Below are positions 26,938-37,941 of a stretch of DNA of 64,000 nt, piece after piece. The notes below the pieces were generated by a model that saw only the letters and a list, made by a program, of their open reading frames with translations, ran no database searches and was not told the DNA's origin. Made by a program: the position numbers and the translations under genes. How positions within the stretch are numbered: the first letter of the stretch is position 1; every line of letters begins with the position of its first letter. This stretch comes from Candidatus Krumholzibacteriia bacterium (GTDB lineage: Bacteria; Krumholzibacteriota; Krumholzibacteriia; Krumholzibacteriales; Krumholzibacteriaceae): contig JAGLYV010000078.1 in assembly GCA_023131975.1 (NCBI GenBank), forward strand, positions 73,240-137,239, given 5' to 3'.

Positions 26938-28068
26938 TCACGTTCCAGGTCGACGATCTGAACATAGGTCAAGAGCCTTTTGAGCTAATATTTCCAATCC
27001 GTTTTCTTTATAGAGCAGATCTCTTAAAGCAAGTTGTTCTCTGGAAGTATCGGAGTATGTACGGAAATCTTTCAACAGAGAAAACACCTTTTCCGCAATT
27101 CTCTCTGGAGTGACCTCATGCTGAATCAATTCAGGAACGATTTCTTTTCCAGCGAGTACATTCGGCATTGCTATGTGGGGGATCCTGACCAGCATCTTCC
27201 CCAGTGTGTAGGTGAATCCCGATGTCCGGTAGACTACTACAACAGGCGTGCCTGAAAGTGCCGACTGCAATGTCACGGTACCTGATGTGGCGATTGCCAG
27301 TGTTGCGTTTTCGAGCTCGGCCGCTCCGTCTCTGGATATCGTGATCCTTCCACTGAGCTCTGGAGGGATATCTATTTCACTCTCTTCGAAGATCGGCGCT
27401 AACCCCAGAACGAACCTTGCTTCGGGAATCTTCGATGCTATTATCCGAACTGCCCCCAGAATAGCCGGAAAGACTCTTTCCATCTCCTGCCGTCGGCTTC
27501 CCGGATAGAGGACTATCCTGATCTCCCCATCATTTTCGGGCAGGCGCTTTGGCCCTCCGGGCGAAGGAATCTCGTCAAGCATGGGATGACCCGCGCAATA
27601 AACGGGGATATCCCGATCTCTGTAGAATTTCTCTTCGAAAGGCAGAATAACAGCCATCAGATCGACCGATTTCCGGATACGTCTTATCCTCCACCCACCC
27701 CATGCCCAGACCTGGGGGCTTATATAGTACAGGACAGGCACTCCCCTGGCCTTCGCGTACCCGGCGATCCTCAGATTCATCCCCGGATAATCTACAGGGA
27801 TATAGAGATCTACCCCCTCTTCACCAAGGATTTTTTTCAGTTTTCTTTCAAGTGAGATTATTCTGGGAATCCCTGAAATGATCTCGGCAAATCCCATGAA
27901 AGCGAATTGTTCAAGGGGAAAAACGACTTCAGCTCCAGCTTCCCTCAACTTCTCCCCTCCCATAGCTATCACCCTGCAGTCAGGGTCTATGGAGAGAATC
28001 TTTCTTACAAGCAGGGAAGCATGTTCGTCACCACTGGTCTCACCGCAAGTCACAAGGATAGTCCTCAC
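26938..28068 (-). CDS. lpxB: Lipid-A-disaccharide synthase
   Basis: GETSGDEH, VDYPGMN, YISPQVWAWG, ILPFE, PGSRRQE, SGTVTL. Confidence 0.95.
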   Translation of the reverse strand: MRTILVTCGETSGDEHASLLVRKILSIDPDCRVIAMGGEKLREAGAEVVFPLEQFAFMGFAEIISGIPRIISLERKLKKILGEEGVDLYIPVDYPGMNLRIAGYAKARGVPVLYYISPQVWAWGGWRIRRIRKSVDLMAVILPFEEKFYRDRDIPVYCAGHPMLDEIPSPGGPKRLPENDGEIRIVLYPGSRRQEMERVFPAILGAVRIIASKIPEARFVLGLAPIFEESEIDIPPELSGRITISRDGAAELENATLAIATSGTVTLQSALSGTPVVVVYRTSGFTYTLGKMLVRIPHIAMPNVLAGKEIVPELIQHEVTPERIAEKVFSLLKDFRTYSDTSREQLALRDLLYKENGLEILAQKALDLCSDRRPGT

Positions 28069-28072
28069 TCGA

Positions 28073-29047
28073 CTATCCCTCCTTTTGCCCGATGCAGGAG
28101 AGTATCTTCTCGGCCATTTTCAGCGCTTCCAGCGCCTGTTCTCCCGTCACTACAGGTTCAGTTCCGGTCCTGACAGCATTGACAAATGATTCTATCTCGT
28201 TTTTCAGCGGCTCGCTTTTGTCGACCTCTGTCTTTACGGGTTTGATAAATGCTGTGGGATCACCTGCCAGGATATCCATCGAAACATTGTCAGCTCGACT
28301 GTACGCCTCTATCTCTTTTGCTCTGAAATCAGCGGAGATATACATGTTTTCCTGGAAGAACCTGACTTTCCTGAGGCCTTCTCTCGATATCCTGCTTGCT
28401 GTGAGATTCGCCACACAACCGCTTTCGAACTCGAGCCGGGCATTCACTATGTCGGGAGATGAAGTCAGGACACCGGCACCCGAAGCTCTGAGCTCTTTCA
28501 GGCTATCTCCCTTGAGCAGAGTAAGTACGATATCAATATCATGGATCATAAGGTCTACAACCACCGAGACGTCCGTACCCCGTGGTGTGAATGTACCCAG
28601 TCTGTGTGATTCTATGAAGAGTGGATTTTCGACAAGGCTGTCTACCGCGGCGAATGTTCCATTAAACCGTTCTATATGACCTACCTGAAAAACGACTCCT
28701 CTTTCCCTGGCAGCGGCGACCATTCCTGCCCCCTGAATGGAATCAGAAGCAATCGGCTTTTCTACCAGAACATGTATCCCCCGGTCGAAGGCTTTCATGG
28801 CTGTTTCGAAATGGTCCGTCGCCGGGGTACAGATACTGACCAGGTCCACTTTCCCAAGAAGTGCCTCGGCATCTTCACATACTTCGCACTTGAACTTCTC
28901 TGCCGTAGAGGCGGCTCTCTCACTTATGCTGTCGCAAACAAATACAGAGTCGATACCTGGAATACCTGAATATATCCTGGCATGGTTGGTTCCCAGGCTG
29001 CCCGTGCCGATGACGCCCGCTTTCAGGCCGCTACCCTTCTCTTTCAT
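28073..29047 (-). CDS. Gfo/Idh/MocA oxidoreductase, GnnA-like (UDP-GlcNAc 3-dehydrogenase candidate)
   Basis: GTGSLG, VLVEKP, QVGHIERFN, DLMIHDID; located between lpxA and lpxB. Confidence 0.8.
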   Translation of the reverse strand: MKEKGSGLKAGVIGTGSLGTNHARIYSGIPGIDSVFVCDSISERAASTAEKFKCEVCEDAEALLGKVDLVSICTPATDHFETAMKAFDRGIHVLVEKPIASDSIQGAGMVAAARERGVVFQVGHIERFNGTFAAVDSLVENPLFIESHRLGTFTPRGTDVSVVVDLMIHDIDIVLTLLKGDSLKELRASGAGVLTSSPDIVNARLEFESGCVANLTASRISREGLRKVRFFQENMYISADFRAKEIEAYSRADNVSMDILAGDPTAFIKPVKTEVDKSEPLKNEIESFVNAVRTGTEPVVTGEQALEALKMAEKILSCIGQKEG

Positions 29048-29079
29048 ATCACTCCCGGGTTTTCAAGTGTGTGTGTTTT

Positions 29080-29856
29080 TTACCTGGTCAGGCCACGCTC
29101 TGACCTGCCGATGAATTCCAGCAAAGTCTCTATCTCAGGTGTCTGGGGCAACTCGTCCCTGATCCTCTCCAGGGCCGGTGTAAGGTTGAGCCCGCTCCGA
29201 TATACATACCGATACGCCTTTTTCAGCAGGTTTCTCTGCTCTACCGTAAAGCCGCGCCTCTCGAGTCCTACCGTATTGAGACCACTTGGCTTCGTAGGAC
29301 ATCCTCCGAACTTGAAAAACGGGGGAATATCCTGTGAGATCCTGCTGCCGCCACCTACAAATGAATGGGCACCGATCGAGACAAACTGATGAACGGGGAC
29401 CATCCCCCCGATGATCGCCCAGTCACCTATAGTCACATGCCCTGCCAGATTAACAGCATTGGCGAGGATCACGTTACTTCCGAGGACACAGTTGTGAGCG
29501 ATATGAACATAGGCCATCAGAAGGCAATCATCTCCGATGACAGTGGATTCACCCTCACCAGCTGCCACATTGATCGTTGCATATTCCCTTATTGTATTGT
29601 TATTCCCGATCTGTACATAACTTTTCTCGCCGGTGTATTTCAGATCCTGCGGAGCACAACCGATCGCAGCCCCGTGAAGTACCCTGTTCCCCGAACCAAG
29701 CGTCGTATGTCCTTCTATCAGCACATTGCTCCCGACCACGGTTCCCTCACCCAGGATCGTGTCAGGACCTATGACTGAAAACGGACCTATCTCGACTCCC
29801 GGTGCCAGGCTGGCTCCATCACTGACTACGGCACTAGGATGGATCTTCGGTGACAT
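29080..29856 (-). CDS. lpxA: Acyl-ACP--UDP-N-acetylglucosamine O-acyltransferase
   Basis: Hexapeptide repeats, PQDLKY, MAYVHIAHNC, QDIPP, GLNTVGLERRGF; probable start MSPKIHP at 29856. Confidence 0.95.
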   Translation of the reverse strand: MSPKIHPSAVVSDGASLAPGVEIGPFSVIGPDTILGEGTVVGSNVLIEGHTTLGSGNRVLHGAAIGCAPQDLKYTGEKSYVQIGNNNTIREYATINVAAGEGESTVIGDDCLLMAYVHIAHNCVLGSNVILANAVNLAGHVTIGDWAIIGGMVPVHQFVSIGAHSFVGGGSRISQDIPPFFKFGGCPTKPSGLNTVGLERRGFTVEQRNLLKKAYRYVYRSGLNLTPALERIRDELPQTPEIETLLEFIGRSERGLTR

Positions 29857-29866
29857 TTCCTCACTC

Positions 29867-31195
29867 CTATCGCAACACGATGGTTGAGCTGAGATCGGCT
29901 TCAGCAACGACCTTTCCGTCGACATATGCTTTTCCCCTCATCTTACAGAATCTTCTCTTGAGTGAGATCATCTCCAGCTCGAACCGAAGCTGATCTCCCG
30001 GCACAACCGGTCTTCTGAATTTCGCTCTATCTATCCCCCTGAAGTATACAAGATACTTCTCGGGACTATCCACGCTCGACAGCAGGAGTATTCCTCCGAC
30101 CTGGGCCATTGCTTCTATGATCAGTACAGCGGGCATGATCGGATGCCCGGGGAAATGCCCTACAAAGAACGGTTCGTTTATCGTCACATTTTTGATACCG
30201 ACTACCCTTTTCTTGTCCTCCAGCTCGAGGATCCTGTCTATGAGCAGGAAGGGGTACCTGTGAGGCATGATCTCCTGAATTACATTGATATCCCAGAAAT
30301 CGTTACCCGGTCCCATCACTGTACGTGCCTTCTTCCGCCTGTCCGCATCAAGAAGCCGGACAAACTCAAGGTTATAATTGTGGCCCGACCTGACTGCTAT
30401 GATATGCCCCTGTATCGGCTGGCCGAGGAGACTGAGATCGCCGATGATATCCAGGACTTTGTGTCTCACGAACTCGTCTGGAAAACGCAGAGGTTCCTTG
30501 TTGAGTATGCCGTTTTTATCCACTACGACCGCATTCTCCAGGCTGCCGCCCTTGATGAGCCCCTCAGCTTTCAGCATATCGACATCCGACATGAGGGCGA
30601 AAGTCCTCGACGGCGCGATCTCGCGCTGGAATGTCTCCGGATCTATATCAATTGAAATAAACTGCGTACCAATATGCGGATTCTCGTACTCTATCGTAAA
30701 GCTTACCTTAAACCCATCGTAAGGCAGGGCGATGATCTCGATATCGTCTTTCTGATAGCTTATCGGGGTCGTCACCTTGAAGGCATGAACAGGAATGCCC
30801 TGATTCATAAATCCCGCGAGATTCAGTGCGTCAACGAGCGACGCGCAACTACCGTCCTTCGGCTCGGGGGGTTCATCGGCATCGATATCGATATAAAGGT
30901 TATCTACCTGAAGCCCCGAGACTCCTGCCAGTATGTGCTCCACAGTATGGATCACCGTCTCACCACTTGACAGGGTGGTATTTCTCTTGATATCTCCAGT
31001 ATGGATGAATTCCGGAGTGGCCGGGATCTCTACTACCGGATCGAGGTCGACTCGCCGGAATATGACCCCCGTACCGGCCTCCGCCGGTCTGAATACAGTC
31101 GTTACTTCTTTACCAGTATGAAGGCCTGTCCCCTTGAAGGTGAACGGGACCTTAATCGTTCTCTGCTGTCGAACCACTTCCTGATCCTTTCTCAA
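29867..31195 (-). CDS. lpxC: Bifunctional LpxC deacetylase / FabZ dehydratase
   Basis: [26 protein letters not shown] then [30 protein letters not shown]; true start may be GTG 31177. Confidence 0.95.
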   Translation of the reverse strand: MRKDQEVVRQQRTIKVPFTFKGTGLHTGKEVTTVFRPAEAGTGVIFRRVDLDPVVEIPATPEFIHTGDIKRNTTLSSGETVIHTVEHILAGVSGLQVDNLYIDIDADEPPEPKDGSCASLVDALNLAGFMNQGIPVHAFKVTTPISYQKDDIEIIALPYDGFKVSFTIEYENPHIGTQFISIDIDPETFQREIAPSRTFALMSDVDMLKAEGLIKGGSLENAVVVDKNGILNKEPLRFPDEFVRHKVLDIIGDLSLLGQPIQGHIIAVRSGHNYNLEFVRLLDADRRKKARTVMGPGNDFWDINVIQEIMPHRYPFLLIDRILELEDKKRVVGIKNVTINEPFFVGHFPGHPIMPAVLIIEAMAQVGGILLLSSVDSPEKYLVYFRGIDRAKFRRPVVPGDQLRFELEMISLKRRFCKMRGKAYVDGKVVAEADLSSTIVLR

Positions 31196-32210
31196 GGGTT
31201 TCCACCCTTTTCTTCAGGTCACGGAAATCCTTCAGTAGACCAGGAAGTCTCGCCGAGGCAGCATAGATCTTTTTCGCGGAAGAATGTTCACGGGCCGGAT
31301 AACCCGAGACACTGGTAGCCGGAGGAATCGATTTTGTCACACCGCTCTGAGCTCCCACCATCGCTCCTTCACCGATCTTGATATGACCCACCAGTCCTGC
31401 CTGCCCCGCAAGAACAACGTTCTTTCCAAGCTCCGTACTCCCGGAGACTCCTACCTGGGCCGCAAGCAGGGAATCCTCCCCGATTATTACGTTATGAGCT
31501 ATCTGAACCAGATTATCTATCTTCGAACCACGACCGATCCGGGTCACTCCCGTAGTGGCCCTGTCGATAGTTGTATTCGCCCCGATCTCCACATCGTCCT
31601 CAATCCTGACTATCCCTATCTGAGGTATCTTATGATGCTGACACCCCTCCTTCGCGTATCCGAACCCGTCGCTACCGATAACGGCACCGGAATGGATGAT
31701 CACCCTGGCCCCGATCTCGCTTTTCTCCTTGATCGTCACATGGGGATAGATGAGACAGTCCTCACCGATCACTACATCCTCATTTATGGAAGTCAGGGAC
31801 AGAATCGTTACCCTGTCCGCGATTTTAACATTCTCACCGATCACAACATAAGCGCCTATTGATGCATCCGCGCCGATTTCCGCACTGTCCGAAATGACAG
31901 CGGCAGGATGTATCCCCCGGGGGTACTTATCGAGGGGGCCCTCCGCGAACAGGCTCACGACCTTAAGAAACGCGAGGTATGGGTTATCGACCTTGATCAT
32001 GGCGCCCGTGAAGCTACCGTTGCCGTTGGCAATCACGGCCGAAGCCTTCGTGGACGCGAGGAATGACTCATATTTCGGGTTGGCGAGAAAAGTTATCTCC
32101 CCTTCGCGGGCTTCCCTGATGCCGGCTACACCCTCTATCTTGATCCCGCTGTCGCCGAGGACTTCTCCACCGACCACCTTTGCGAGCTCTTTCAGACTAT
32201 ATGCAGTCAT
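31152..32210 (-). CDS. lpxD: UDP-3-O-acylglucosamine N-acyltransferase
   Basis: [36 protein letters not shown]. Confidence 0.95.
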   Translation of the reverse strand: MTAYSLKELAKVVGGEVLGDSGIKIEGVAGIREAREGEITFLANPKYESFLASTKASAVIANGNGSFTGAMIKVDNPYLAFLKVVSLFAEGPLDKYPRGIHPAAVISDSAEIGADASIGAYVVIGENVKIADRVTILSLTSINEDVVIGEDCLIYPHVTIKEKSEIGARVIIHSGAVIGSDGFGYAKEGCQHHKIPQIGIVRIEDDVEIGANTTIDRATTGVTRIGRGSKIDNLVQIAHNVIIGEDSLLAAQVGVSGSTELGKNVVLAGQAGLVGHIKIGEGAMVGAQSGVTKSIPPATSVSGYPAREHSSAKKIYAASARLPGLLKDFRDLKKRVETLEKGSGSGSTAEND

Positions 32211-32260
32211 CTGACCATCCGATTCCTGTTCCTGTCATACCGAAGGGGATTTATCCGGAA

Positions 32261-32289
32261 AGTCTAACCCCCGACCGGCCAAAAAGCAA
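32261..32289 (-). promoter_or_regulatory. Internal sigma-70-type promoter before lpxD
   Basis: TTGCTT-N17-TAGACT in the skp-lpxD gap. Confidence 0.45.
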
Positions 32290-32327
32290 ATAATTAAAAG
32301 GTTCTGACACATCTTCGCAGCCATAAC

Positions 32328-32873
32328 CTACTGATTAGCTTCCAGTTCTGCCTCCAGCACTGCGATCACCTTATCCGTAATATCTATAGCCTTGTCGGCA
32401 TAGACTATATTTCCCTGTGAGGAATCAAATACTATCGTATACCCCTCATCCTCTGCCAATCTGGCGATCACTGCATTTATCTTTTCGACGATCGGCGCGG
32501 TAAGCTCCTGGTTTCTTGTGGCAGCTTCACCATTCTCGCCAAAGACATCCTTCATGAACTGCTGATAATCACGAGCCTTCGTTTCGAACTCTGTCTTCTT
32601 TTCCTGAAGTTTTTCCTCACTGAGCATCAATGACTGGCTCTCTATGTTCTCTCGCAGTCTGGCAAGCTCAGTCTCCATCTCCTCTGCCTTTTTCTTCCAG
32701 GCCTCGACTTCCTTCTTATAGACCTCTTCGGCTTCCACGGTCTCCTTGAATTCAGCAAAAATCTTGATAGTATCGATATATCCGATCTTTACTTCCTCAG
32801 CTCTCAGTGCGGTCAGTGGGATCATCGTAAACAGATACGTCGCCAGAATTATAACTGAGATCTTCCTTTTCAT
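32328..32873 (-). CDS. skp: Periplasmic chaperone OmpH/Skp
   Basis: Signal peptide, KIGYID, coiled-coil body, YTIVFD...DITDKVI; sits between bamA and lpxD. Confidence 0.9.
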   Translation of the reverse strand: MKRKISVIILATYLFTMIPLTALRAEEVKIGYIDTIKIFAEFKETVEAEEVYKKEVEAWKKKAEEMETELARLRENIESQSLMLSEEKLQEKKTEFETKARDYQQFMKDVFGENGEAATRNQELTAPIVEKINAVIARLAEDEGYTIVFDSSQGNIVYADKAIDITDKVIAVLEAELEANQ

Positions 32874-32939
32874 CTTCTTCCTCCTTAGCAAATGCCCAGA
32901 TCAACCAACCAGTACTCTTCCGCGTCAACAAACCGGTTT

Positions 32940-35186
32940 TTAGAAGAACGTGCCGAAAGTGAAGTGGGGTTCCCACCCCGCGCCACCTTCCTTGTCAAAT
33001 CCGTAACCGTAATCAAACCCCAGATTGCCCATGCCTGGCATCTCGAGACGCACTCCCAATCCCAGGCCTCTCTTCAGGCTGAACATGTTCGCGTCTCGAA
33101 ACGAGTTCCATGTATTACCGGCATCGAAGAAAAACATTCCATGGACCGCCTCGGTGAAGGGAAACACTATCTCCTGCGTATACTTTGTCATGAATCGTCC
33201 GCCGACGTAGGGGTCGTTTCCTTCTGGTACCACCTCATAGAAATCGTATCCCCTGAGTGGATACCTCCTGTTGCCTCCAAGCCTGAACTTTTCGTAATCC
33301 TCGACTTCCGACCCGCCATAGCCATCTATCAGGCCGATATCGATGTCAAGATGAAAAGTGAGCTTCCAGAAAAGGTTCCTGAACCAGGACATCCCGGCGT
33401 TGTACCTCACGAACTTCACGTTTCCTCCGAACGGTCCACCGGCAAGTTCGACACTGAGATTCGTTTTGGATCCCTTACTAGGATGAAAGGGACTGTCCGT
33501 TGAGTTTCTCGCCACGCTCAGGGTCACCGTACTCTTGATGAGAGGCCAACCGACCTTTCTCAGACTACCCCATTCAGGATATGCCGGATCAAAATTGGTC
33601 AGTTCGATATTCTCAAGCCTGTACATAGCGTACACTCTCGCGTAATCGAGGTACGGCAGACGATGCCCGGCCTGGACAGAAAACCCCATTCTCCTGTCGG
33701 TGTAGTACTGCTGGCTTATCCTGTCCTGGATCCAGTTGAAAACACTTATAGTAAGGTTGACATCAGTATTGAACAGGTGGGGCTCCATGTACCTGATATT
33801 CATATTTTTCCGCCACCTGCCAAATTCCCAGTCGAGAGAGACAGTCTTGCCCCGCCCAAGGAAATTCGTTTCCTGCACACCGAGAAATCCGCTGAGTTTG
33901 TTAAGCTGGGAGAATCCAAATCCACCCTTGAAATTTCCCGTCTGCTTCTCTTCCACATCTATGAGAAGATTGATAACGCCTTCTTCGTTGACCGGCTCAG
34001 TATCGATTCTGGGCGGCCCGGCAAAATAGCCCAGCTGGAATATTTCCCTGATCGATCTCTGGACATCGCCAAGAATAAACCTGTCTCCCGGATATACGTC
34101 AAGTTCGCGCCTGATGACCGTCTCGAAAGTCTTGGTATTGCCGCCTATCTTGATCTCTCTAATAGATGCGGGGTGGTTCTCGATAATATCGAGACTCAGA
34201 TCGATCTTTCGCCTTCTGATGCTCTGTCTCGGTCTGACACTGCTCCAGATATATCCCTTTTCCCAGTACAGGCTGTTAATAGCCATCTGGGTAAATTCCA
34301 CGTTCTCAAGGGAAAACGGGTCTCCCTCCTTCAGCGCGATGAGAGACCTTATGTCCTCGTCCTCTACCACTTCGTTACCACTCCACTCCACCCCACCAAC
34401 GTAATATTTCTTACCCTCATCGATCTTTATGTAGATATCCACATGACTTCCGTCACCTATCTCATCGACCTTCATCACCGTGGCTTTTACGTCAAGATAC
34501 CCCTGATTCCTGTACATCGTCTCTATCCTGGTCAGATCTTCCTCGAGCAACCCCGGCTTATATTCTCCACTGCTCCACCAGTGATCCTCGTGGCTTTCAA
34601 TGGTCTTTCTTATCTTCTTTGAATCGATCTCACCATTGCCGATCAAATCCATATATCTGATCTTGACTTTCCTGCCCTCGGCGATCGCGTAGGTGACATG
34701 GATCATGTGCTGGTCCGGTACAGGCGTTTTTCTGACAAGGATCTCGGCCCGATTATATCCCTTCTCCGTATAGATCTCCTTCAACGAGGCAACGTCTGAC
34801 GATATCATTGCCGGGCGGGCAAAGAAGCCCTCACGAAGCAGCAGCTTTCCCCTGATATCGGCTTCATCCACATGATCGTTGCCCTCGACATGGACTCCCT
34901 TCACCCTCGGATACTCCTCTACCCTGAGAATGATCACGGCCTTTCCACCTTCATCCCTGTACCAGGCACTGACATCGGCGAAATCCTTGGTCCTGATCAG
35001 TCTCTTGATTCCCTGGGAGATCCTGTCCGGAGTATAATCCTCACCCTGCCGCACTCCAAAGATCGATACGATCTTCTTGTGCGAAACAAAGATATTCCCA
35101 CTGACTTCCACGTGCGATATCTCGACCGCTCCGACCGTGGCAGATACCAGGGTCAGGAACGCAATCAGCAAAACCGATAATCTCAT
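32940..35186 (-). CDS. bamA: Outer membrane protein assembly factor BamA
   Basis: POTRA repeats (GNTKT, IRREL), barrel with RLGG...LRGY, terminal Phe; probable start MRLSVLL at 35186. Confidence 0.93.
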   Translation of the reverse strand: MRLSVLLIAFLTLVSATVGAVEISHVEVSGNIFVSHKKIVSIFGVRQGEDYTPDRISQGIKRLIRTKDFADVSAWYRDEGGKAVIILRVEEYPRVKGVHVEGNDHVDEADIRGKLLLREGFFARPAMISSDVASLKEIYTEKGYNRAEILVRKTPVPDQHMIHVTYAIAEGRKVKIRYMDLIGNGEIDSKKIRKTIESHEDHWWSSGEYKPGLLEEDLTRIETMYRNQGYLDVKATVMKVDEIGDGSHVDIYIKIDEGKKYYVGGVEWSGNEVVEDEDIRSLIALKEGDPFSLENVEFTQMAINSLYWEKGYIWSSVRPRQSIRRRKIDLSLDIIENHPASIREIKIGGNTKTFETVIRRELDVYPGDRFILGDVQRSIREIFQLGYFAGPPRIDTEPVNEEGVINLLIDVEEKQTGNFKGGFGFSQLNKLSGFLGVQETNFLGRGKTVSLDWEFGRWRKNMNIRYMEPHLFNTDVNLTISVFNWIQDRISQQYYTDRRMGFSVQAGHRLPYLDYARVYAMYRLENIELTNFDPAYPEWGSLRKVGWPLIKSTVTLSVARNSTDSPFHPSKGSKTNLSVELAGGPFGGNVKFVRYNAGMSWFRNLFWKLTFHLDIDIGLIDGYGGSEVEDYEKFRLGGNRRYPLRGYDFYEVVPEGNDPYVGGRFMTKYTQEIVFPFTEAVHGMFFFDAGNTWNSFRDANMFSLKRGLGLGVRLEMPGMGNLGFDYGYGFDKEGGAGWEPHFTFGTFF

Positions 35187-35367
35187 CAATTCCCTTCCTC
35201 GTTGTTCCCGCCTCAAAATCCGGTGAATGCTATCACAGCCATGATGCATATGCAAAGATAAAACAATAGCCGGAAAAATCCAGTAATACCGCTTGCCCAG
35301 CGCTATAACTTACGCCGGGACAAGGAAATCCGGGTATTACAGGGGAACATCCCCCGGTTTCCGACTG

Positions 35368-35395
35368 AAAAGGCCCCGGAACCAGGTCCGGGGCC
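35368..35395 (-). terminator. Rho-independent terminator after clpC
   Basis: GGCCCCGGA/TCCGGGGCC 9-bp stem followed by TTTT on the minus strand. Confidence 0.75.
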
Positions 35396-35433
35396 CATAT
35401 AATTGTACGATTGAAACCGATGGAAGTTTCGAC

Positions 35434-37899
35434 TTATTCGGGCTTTGCCTCCGCCGTCTGCTCGAGATCCTCGAATATCAGGACATCCGAGCCCGGAACT
35501 GCAGAGATCCTGAGTTTGGAGTTCCTGGATATCTCGCCACCCAGCATCTTCTCACTGAGTGGATCTTCCAGAAGCCTCTGAATGGATCTCTTGAGCGGCC
35601 TGGCTCCCAGTGTGGGGTCGTATCCCTTCTCGATAATGAATTCCTTTGCAGAAGTTGTTACCTCAAAATCGAGAGTAATGGAACCGAGTCTCGAATAGAG
35701 GTCCGCAAGAAGGATATCGATGATCTGCATAAGATCGGCTTTGTCAAGCTGTCTGAAGACTATCAACTCGTCTATCCTGTTGATGAATTCAGGGTTGAAT
35801 ATCTGGCGGGCTGCCTCCATGATCTTGTTCTTCATGTGGTCGTACCCACTGTCTCTTTCCTCTCCGTCCAGAGCAAATCCAAAGGCCTTCTTGCCCTTGA
35901 TATCTTTCGCACCGGCGTTAGAGGTCATGATCAGCACTGTGTTCTTGAAATCTATCCGCCTCCCGAAAGAATCGGTGATACTTCCCTCCTCAAGGATCTG
36001 CAGCAACAGATTGAATACGTCCGGGTGAGCTTTCTCGATCTCATCCAGCAATACAACGGAATATGGCTTCCTTCTCACCTTCTCAGTGAGCTGGCCACCT
36101 TCCTCGTATCCGACATATCCGGGAGGAGCTCCGACCAATCTGGATATGGCGAACTTTTCCATATACTCAGACATATCTATCTGGATCAGGGCATCTTCAC
36201 TCTCGAACAGGGTGGCGGAAAGGGTCCTTGCCAACTCGGTCTTTCCGACACCGGTAGGCCCCAGGAAGATGAACGAGCCGATCGGTCGCCTGGGATCCCG
36301 CAATCCGGCTCTGTTTCGACGAACAGCTTTCGCTATCGCCGTAAGGGCCGGCTCCTGCCCGATCACTCTCTTCCTGAGCTCGTCTTCGAGGTTGAGCAGC
36401 TTGACCGTCTCCTCCTCCTCGACATCCGATACGGGAATACCCGTCATATCCGAGATCACGCAGGCAATATCCTGGCTGGTAACGACAGATTCCTGCTCCT
36501 GCCTGGTCTCCACCCATTTTCTCTTCCTGTCCTTCAACTCTTCCTTCAACTGTTTTTCCTGGTCACGGAACGAAGCGGCCTTTTCGAATTCCTGGGACTG
36601 AATGGCTGATTCCTTCTCCTTGGATATATCCTCGATCTTCTTCTCCACATCCCGCAGGTCGTCCGGAATCGTAGTTATATTCAGCCTGGCGCGGGCGCCG
36701 GCTTCATCGATGACGTCTATAGCCTTGTCAGGCAGGAACCTTCCCTGGACGTAGCGCTGGGAGAGGTAGACCGCCTGTCTTATGGCTTCCTTATCAAACT
36801 TGGTCCTGTGATGGGCCTCGTACTTATCCCGGAGCCCCATGATTATCTCTACAGTCTCTTCCTCTGTAGGAGGATTTATAAGTATCGACTGGAACCTTCT
36901 TTCCAGGGCTCCATCCTTCTCGATGTGCTTCCTGTATTCGTCCAGTGTGGTCGCGCCGATACACTGGATCTCACCCCTGGCGAGCGCGGGTTTCAGCATG
37001 TTTGAAGCGTCTATCGCGCCTTCCGCACCGCCAGCTCCGACGATCGTGTGGATCTCGTCGATGAAGATGATGATCTGATCGTTATCTCTGATCTCGTTAA
37101 TGATATTCTTAAGACGTTCCTCGAACTGTCCCCTGTATTTTGTTCCTGCCACAACAGATGCAAGGTCGAGCGTCGTAATTCTCTTGTCCTTTAGGAGTTC
37201 GGGTACCTGATTCGATACGATCTGCTGCGCAAGTCCCTCAATGATCGCGGTCTTTCCGACACCGGGCTCACCGATGAGAACCGGGTTATTCTTCTTTCGC
37301 CTGCAGAGGATCTGAATAATCCTGTGCATCTCGCGCTCCCTGCCGATGATCGGATCAAGCTTGTTGTCCCTGGCAAGCTGGGTAAGGTCTCTGCCGAACT
37401 GGTCGAGAGTCGGAGATTCGCTCTTCGCGCTGGCCTGCTTGCCTGACGCGGAACTGCCCCCACCCTGGTGGAGGATCTTCATGATCTCTTCGCGGACTCT
37501 CTTCCGATCGACACCGAGCTCAAGAAGGACCCTGGCAGCCACCCCTTCACCCTCTCTTATCAGCCCCAGCAGCAAATGCTCGGTCCCGACATAGTTATGC
37601 CCGAGAAGCCTCGCTTCCTCGACCGATAGCTCAAGGACCCTCTTTGCCCTGGGGGTCAGTGGTATCTCGCCAAGGGTAAGCGTCCCGCCGGTAGGTTTGA
37701 CAAGATTCTCTATCGCCTGCTGTATCTGATCCATATCGAGATCCAGCTTCTGGAGCACCCTCGCCGCGATCCCTTCACCTTCCCTGGCGATCCCAAGCAG
37801 GAGGTGTTCCGTCCCGATGTAATCGTGCTGTAACCTGTTTGCCTCATCTCTCGCGAGGTAAATGACTTTTCTTACTCGTTCGGTAAACTTGTCATTCAT
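35434..37899 (-). CDS. clpC: ATP-dependent Clp protease ATPase subunit ClpC
   Basis: Two N-domain repeats (GTEHLLLG), GEPGVGKT and [11 protein letters not shown]-type middle domain, FGF ClpP-docking loop. Confidence 0.95.
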   Translation of the reverse strand: MNDKFTERVRKVIYLARDEANRLQHDYIGTEHLLLGIAREGEGIAARVLQKLDLDMDQIQQAIENLVKPTGGTLTLGEIPLTPRAKRVLELSVEEARLLGHNYVGTEHLLLGLIREGEGVAARVLLELGVDRKRVREEIMKILHQGGGSSASGKQASAKSESPTLDQFGRDLTQLARDNKLDPIIGREREMHRIIQILCRRKKNNPVLIGEPGVGKTAIIEGLAQQIVSNQVPELLKDKRITTLDLASVVAGTKYRGQFEERLKNIINEIRDNDQIIIFIDEIHTIVGAGGAEGAIDASNMLKPALARGEIQCIGATTLDEYRKHIEKDGALERRFQSILINPPTEEETVEIIMGLRDKYEAHHRTKFDKEAIRQAVYLSQRYVQGRFLPDKAIDVIDEAGARARLNITTIPDDLRDVEKKIEDISKEKESAIQSQEFEKAASFRDQEKQLKEELKDRKRKWVETRQEQESVVTSQDIACVISDMTGIPVSDVEEEETVKLLNLEDELRKRVIGQEPALTAIAKAVRRNRAGLRDPRRPIGSFIFLGPTGVGKTELARTLSATLFESEDALIQIDMSEYMEKFAISRLVGAPPGYVGYEEGGQLTEKVRRKPYSVVLLDEIEKAHPDVFNLLLQILEEGSITDSFGRRIDFKNTVLIMTSNAGAKDIKGKKAFGFALDGEERDSGYDHMKNKIMEAARQIFNPEFINRIDELIVFRQLDKADLMQIIDILLADLYSRLGSITLDFEVTTSAKEFIIEKGYDPTLGARPLKRSIQRLLEDPLSEKMLGGEISRNSKLRISAVPGSDVLIFEDLEQTAEAKPE

Positions 37900-37941
37900 A
37901 TAGAGCTCAACATCCTTTCACGGCTACGGCCCCCACGGCCC

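Noticed and set aside
35253-35260. Bacteroidota-type -7 box TATCTTTG before bamA
   Set aside because: No matching -33 TTTG, and other promoters in the window follow the TTGACA/TATAAT type
35293-36609. 438-aa plus-strand ORF antisense to clpC
   Set aside because: Shadow ORF; overlaps a highly conserved gene and a terminator, no protein-like motifs
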